Shown here in pieces: positions 60,519 through 64,000 of a stretch of 64,000 nucleotides of DNA (position 1 is the stretch's first letter; each line of letters starts with the position of its first letter). Both the position numbers and the translations under genes were made by a program. Source of the DNA: Acidimicrobiia bacterium (GTDB lineage Bacteria > Actinomycetota > Acidimicrobiia > Spongiisociales > UBA5794); assembly GCA_041605955.1 (NCBI GenBank), contig JBFIXI010000010.1, positions 12,653-76,652 on the forward strand, written 5' to 3'. Below the pieces are notes generated by a model. It saw nothing but the letters and a program-made list of their open reading frames with translations, searched no databases and was not told the DNA's origin.

Positions 60519-63172
60519 GACGGCGCCGGGCGGCGACGGCCCCGCGACTGGCGTTGCTAACGGCAACCGTAGCGACCGTCATCGCCGCCTCCTGCTCCGC
60601 GGCAGAGTCACCGCAACCCTCGCCGCAATCGCCTCCCGTCGTTGCCGTAGCCGCCGAAGGGTTGGTGAACCCGCTCGGCTTGGCCGCCCTCCCCGACGGC
60701 GCCATCCTGATCGCGGAGGAGGGTACGGGCAACGACGACTCATCCGCCGGAATGAGCGTGCTCACGACCGACGGCCGGGTCGGTCGCGTCGTCGACGGGT
60801 TGCCCAGCGGCCGCGATGCCGGTGACCTGTCGGGAGCGCCGTTGGCGGGCGTCTCCCCCGATGGAACCACTGCATACGTCGCCCACTTCGGCTCGGGCGC
60901 CCTCTTGTCTTATCCGGTGCCCGCCGCCGGTGTGGAACCTGCCACCAAGGCCGAGCCCGCCCGCCTCCCCGCAGACCTGGTATCGCTGATGACCCCGCTG
61001 AACCGGGTCTCTTTGGTCAATCCGTTCGATATCACGTTCGATGCGTCCGGGGTACCCGTGGTGACCGATGCCAGTGAGAACGGCATCGCAACGCTCAACT
61101 CCGATGGCAAGGCAGTGTTCATTCACCGCTTCGGCGAGCTGACGGACCCCGCCAACCCCTCGTTGAAGATCGACCCGGTACCCACCGGCATAACCCGAGT
61201 CGGCGAGGAGTTCTACGTGACCCTGACGGGCGGTTGTCCCTACCCGGCGGGTTCCGGCGCCGTCGTCGCCGTTGGTGCCGACCGCACCGAGCGCACGATT
61301 GCCACCGGGCTGAACATGCCGATCGACGTCGAGCTGGGGCCCAGCGAAACCGTCTGGCTGCTGGAATTCGCCGAGTTCGATCCTGCGGCCTCGTGCTTCA
61401 GCGGCGAGGGCTATCGACCCGGAACGGGGCGGCTCAGCCGGCTGGCGGAAGACGGCACGGTGGCGGAGGTCCTCGACGGCCTCGACTTTCCTGGAGCCGT
61501 TCTCGAGATGCCGGACGGCACGGTGTACATAACCGAAGTCTTCTCAGGCCGCGTCCTGCGCCTCACATGGGAGGACACCGGGGCGGCCCCGACGCCATCG
61601 ACCAAGGCACCTCCGGAACCGTGGCGATTCGCCGATGTCGCAGCAGAGGTCGGCCTCGATTTCCAGCACGGCGCTTTCGCCACCGGACTGTTCGCAGACC
61701 CGGTCGCCATGATGGGAGCCGGTCTGTGTTGGATCGACTACGACAACGACGGATGGCTGGATCTGTACCTGGTCAACAGCCATGCCAGCGCCGAAGTCGA
61801 CTATTGGGAAGCCGCCGGGGGGCTGCCGCGTAACGAGCTATATCGCAACGACCGCGGACGCTTTCTGCCCGTCGGCGAGTCGGCCGGGGTGGCCATGGCA
61901 CACCGCGGCAACGGCTGCGTCGCCGCCGACTTCGACGGTGACGGCGCCACCGACCTGTTCGTGACGGCCGACGGGCCCAATGTGCTCTTCAGAAACCTGG
62001 GCGACGGAACCTTTGCCGACGTGGCGACGGCGGCCGGCGTCGCCACTCCGGAATGGAACACGGCCGCTGTGGTAGGCGACCTCAACGGCGACGGACGGCC
62101 CGATCTCTATGTTGGCGCCTACATCGACCTCGATCGCAAGATCGACAAGCCATCCGGCGCCTTCCCCCAGGACTACATCGGCCTACCCGACAGGCTGTTC
62201 GTCAACACGAGCGGGCCAGGCTCGATCACGTTTCGCGACGTCGCCTCCGTCTCGGGTCTGGAACGCGGAGAACGGGCTCTCGGAGCGCTGCTCAGCGACT
62301 TCGACCTCGACCACGACCTCGATCTCTACGTTGCCAACGACGGGCAGCCGAACCGCCTGTATCGCAACGACACTGCGGCCGGCTCGGCACAGATCACGCT
62401 CGTGGACATCACCGGGACGGCCGGCGGCGGCGACCCGGGCAGCGGCATGGGAGTAGCCGGAGGCGACTACGACGGCAACGGCGCCTTCGACCTCCTGGTG
62501 ACCAACTGGGAGACCGAGCTGAACGCGCTCTACGCCAACGAGTCGACTCCCGCGGGAATGGTGCTCACCAATCGCACCCAGCGCATCGGCTTGGCCGGCC
62601 TGGGCAACAACAAGACAGGATGGGGGGTGTCGTGGGCCGACCTCGACCACGACACCGACCTAGACATGCTCATAGTGCACGGCCGCGTACCGGTTACCGA
62701 TCGCCAAAACGATCCCGAGCTGGCTCGCCTGTATGGCAACCTGCTCGCGGAGGGCAGCCCGGGGCAATTCAGGGACTGGACCGCCACCGCCGGCCTGGAG
62801 AGGGTAGGCCCACTGCTGGCACGGGGCAGCGCGCTGGCCGACTTCGACAACGATGGCGATCTCGATATCGCCATCAACACCATTGCCGGCCGCGCCGCAC
62901 TGCTGCGCAACGAGTCGCCGCCCGGCCATTGGATTCAGATTGCCCTCGACGGCTTCCACCCCGGCGCCGTTGTCACGGTCCGCCTCGACGATGGCACGGC
63001 AATGGTGCGCGAGCTCCATGCGGGGTCGAGCTACTTGGCTTCGGAGGATCCGCGCCTCCACTTCGGCCTGGGCAGTTCGACGGCTCCGGTGACAGTGACG
63101 GTTCGTTGGCCGGACGGTTCCGAGGAGACCTATTCCGATCTGGATGTAGACCGGACCCACACCCTCCGATAG
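60515..63172 (+). CDS. large secreted lipoprotein: N-terminal NHL/ScyD-ScyE-like beta-propeller fused to CRTAC1-family FG-GAP repeats and a UnbV/ASPIC C-terminal domain
   Basis: Lipobox IAASCSAA; repeated DxDGDG Ca-binding/FG-GAP motifs (DYDNDGWLD, DFDGDGATD, DLNGDGRPD, DFDNDGDLD); C-terminal ASPIC-like block. Confidence 0.65.
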   Translation: MRRRRAATAPRLALLTATVATVIAASCSAAESPQPSPQSPPVVAVAAEGLVNPLGLAALPDGAILIAEEGTGNDDSSAGMSVLTTDGRVGRVVDGLPSGRDAGDLSGAPLAGVSPDGTTAYVAHFGSGALLSYPVPAAGVEPATKAEPARLPADLVSLMTPLNRVSLVNPFDITFDASGVPVVTDASENGIATLNSDGKAVFIHRFGELTDPANPSLKIDPVPTGITRVGEEFYVTLTGGCPYPAGSGAVVAVGADRTERTIATGLNMPIDVELGPSETVWLLEFAEFDPAASCFSGEGYRPGTGRLSRLAEDGTVAEVLDGLDFPGAVLEMPDGTVYITEVFSGRVLRLTWEDTGAAPTPSTKAPPEPWRFADVAAEVGLDFQHGAFATGLFADPVAMMGAGLCWIDYDNDGWLDLYLVNSHASAEVDYWEAAGGLPRNELYRNDRGRFLPVGESAGVAMAHRGNGCVAADFDGDGATDLFVTADGPNVLFRNLGDGTFADVATAAGVATPEWNTAAVVGDLNGDGRPDLYVGAYIDLDRKIDKPSGAFPQDYIGLPDRLFVNTSGPGSITFRDVASVSGLERGERALGALLSDFDLDHDLDLYVANDGQPNRLYRNDTAAGSAQITLVDITGTAGGGDPGSGMGVAGGDYDGNGAFDLLVTNWETELNALYANESTPAGMVLTNRTQRIGLAGLGNNKTGWGVSWADLDHDTDLDMLIVHGRVPVTDRQNDPELARLYGNLLAEGSPGQFRDWTATAGLERVGPLLARGSALADFDNDGDLDIAINTIAGRAALLRNESPPGHWIQIALDGFHPGAVVTVRLDDGTAMVRELHAGSSYLASEDPRLHFGLGSSTAPVTVTVRWPDGSEETYSDLDVDRTHTLR

Positions 63173-63175
63173 CGC

Positions 63176-63213
63176 GTCGCCACATCTGCGTCGACCACCG
63201 CAGATGTGGCGAC
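63176..63213. terminator. perfect 15-bp-stem hairpin (bidirectional terminator candidate) between convergent genes
   Basis: GTCGCCACATCTGCG-tcgaccac-CGCAGATGTGGCGAC, beginning 4 nt after the stop of the 885-aa gene. Confidence 0.6.
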
Positions 63214-63250
63214 CGATGCTCAGCTCGAGCGGGATCGACGCCCGCCACGC

Positions 63251-64000
63251 TCATGTGTGCTCGCCGTGGACCTCCGTGGGCGAGGACTCGGCATGAATCG
63301 ATCGTTCGCGGTGGACGTGCCGGCCGGGAACCTCGAGGTGGGCGGGATCGTCGAGGAAGATCCGCCCCTCATCGGAATGGAGCAACGCAGGTCCGTAAGC
63401 CGCCTCCAGATTCGCCTCCGTCAACACCTCCTCGGGAGCACCGGAGGCGACCACCCGACCCGATAGCAGCAACACGTGGTCGGCCACTCGCGCCTCGGCA
63501 AGATCGTGCGTGGTGATGATCACCGTGCAGCCGCGAGCTCGCTCGTCGCGGATCACTTCGTCGAGGGCGTGGGCGGTCGGCAGGTCGATTGCCGTCAGCG
63601 GCTCGTCGAGGAGCAGCACATCGTGATCCTGGGCGAGGCCCTGAGCGACGAACACTCGCTGCCGTTGACCCCCAGATAGCTCGTTGAGGTGCTTTCCCGA
63701 CACGACATTGAGACCGGTCCGCCGCATCGCATTGCTGATGGCCTCCCGGTCCTGCCGGCTCAGCGGCCCGTAGGCGCCGGTCTGGGCGTAGCGGCCCATC
63801 GCCACCAGCTCACCCACGGTGATCGGCAGCGCTTCGTTGACTTTTGTCGTTTGCAGCACGTAGGCGATCCGTCCCGCGCCCTTGAGACGGGCGGGCACTG
63901 CGATCGTGCCCGCCGTCGGTTCCATCAATCCGGCGATGGCATTGAGCAGCGTCGACTTGCCCGATCCGTTGGGCCCAATGATGGCCGTGACCGCTCCGGC
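63251..64000 (-). CDS. metal-type ABC transporter ATP-binding protein (partial; 5' end beyond the window)
   Basis: Walker A GPNGSGKST near the window edge, signature LSGGQRQRV, Walker B LLLDEP, His-rich C-terminal tail. Confidence 0.8.
   Translation of the reverse strand, partial: AGAVTAIIGPNGSGKSTLLNAIAGLMEPTAGTIAVPARLKGAGRIAYVLQTTKVNEALPITVGELVAMGRYAQTGAYGPLSRQDREAISNAMRRTGLNVVSGKHLNELSGGQRQRVFVAQGLAQDHDVLLLDEPLTAIDLPTAHALDEVIRDERARGCTVIITTHDLAEARVADHVLLLSGRVVASGAPEEVLTEANLEAAYGPALLHSDEGRIFLDDPAHLEVPGRHVHRERSIHAESSPTEVHGEHT

Noticed and set aside
1-64000. tRNA, rRNA, transposase, integrase or phage genes
   Set aside because: No T-loop-like GGTTCGAATCC/GTTCGA contexts with acceptor stems, no rRNA-like conserved blocks, and no transposase or integrase motifs were recognised on either strand

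Overview
High-GC (about 68-70%) actinobacterial-type chromosomal segment, densely coding on both strands. No rRNA, tRNA, CRISPR array or obvious mobile element was found. Recognisable content, in order: (1) a glyoxylate-shunt locus with a RamB-like XRE regulator divergent from malate synthase and isocitrate lyase; (2) an mscL with an unusual C-terminal Cys4 tail; (3) a complete group-3b-type NADP-coupled [NiFe] hydrogenase operon (beta, gamma, small, large) with a stand-alone cyclic-nucleotide-binding protein translationally coupled between beta and gamma, followed by the endopeptidase, a zinc-finger-less HypA-like protein and HypC; (4) a small SmtA-like metallothionein candidate next to a complex tandem-repeat block; (5) a minus-strand operon of a CoA-binding protein, a GrdB-like protein interrupted by an in-frame TGA (selenoprotein candidate), a FIST sensor and a PAS histidine kinase; (6) a fused membrane-domain/sugar-phosphotransferase polysaccharide gene; (7) a second orphan histidine kinase translationally coupled to a PT-rich secreted anchored protein; (8) a thiolase/MaoC/quinone-reductase/rpiA block; (9) a sugar-1-kinase/nucleotidyltransferase/MocA oxidoreductase trio; (10) a polyamine island (C45 peptidase-GNAT-potABCD, agmatinase, TetR, class-III aminotransferase, FAD oxidoreductase, ALDH, GMC and MocA oxidoreductases); (11) a photolyase plus AlkZ/YcaQ-like glycosylase pair; (12) a choline-sulfatase, macro-domain and DinB-like genes; (13) ugpAEB-glpQ; (14) a large NHL/ScyE-like-CRTAC1 fusion lipoprotein; and the start of a metal-type ABC ATPase. 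Many intergenic spacers carry short tandem repeats or perfect palindromes. Many long antisense ORFs in the six-frame track are high-GC artefacts and were not called.
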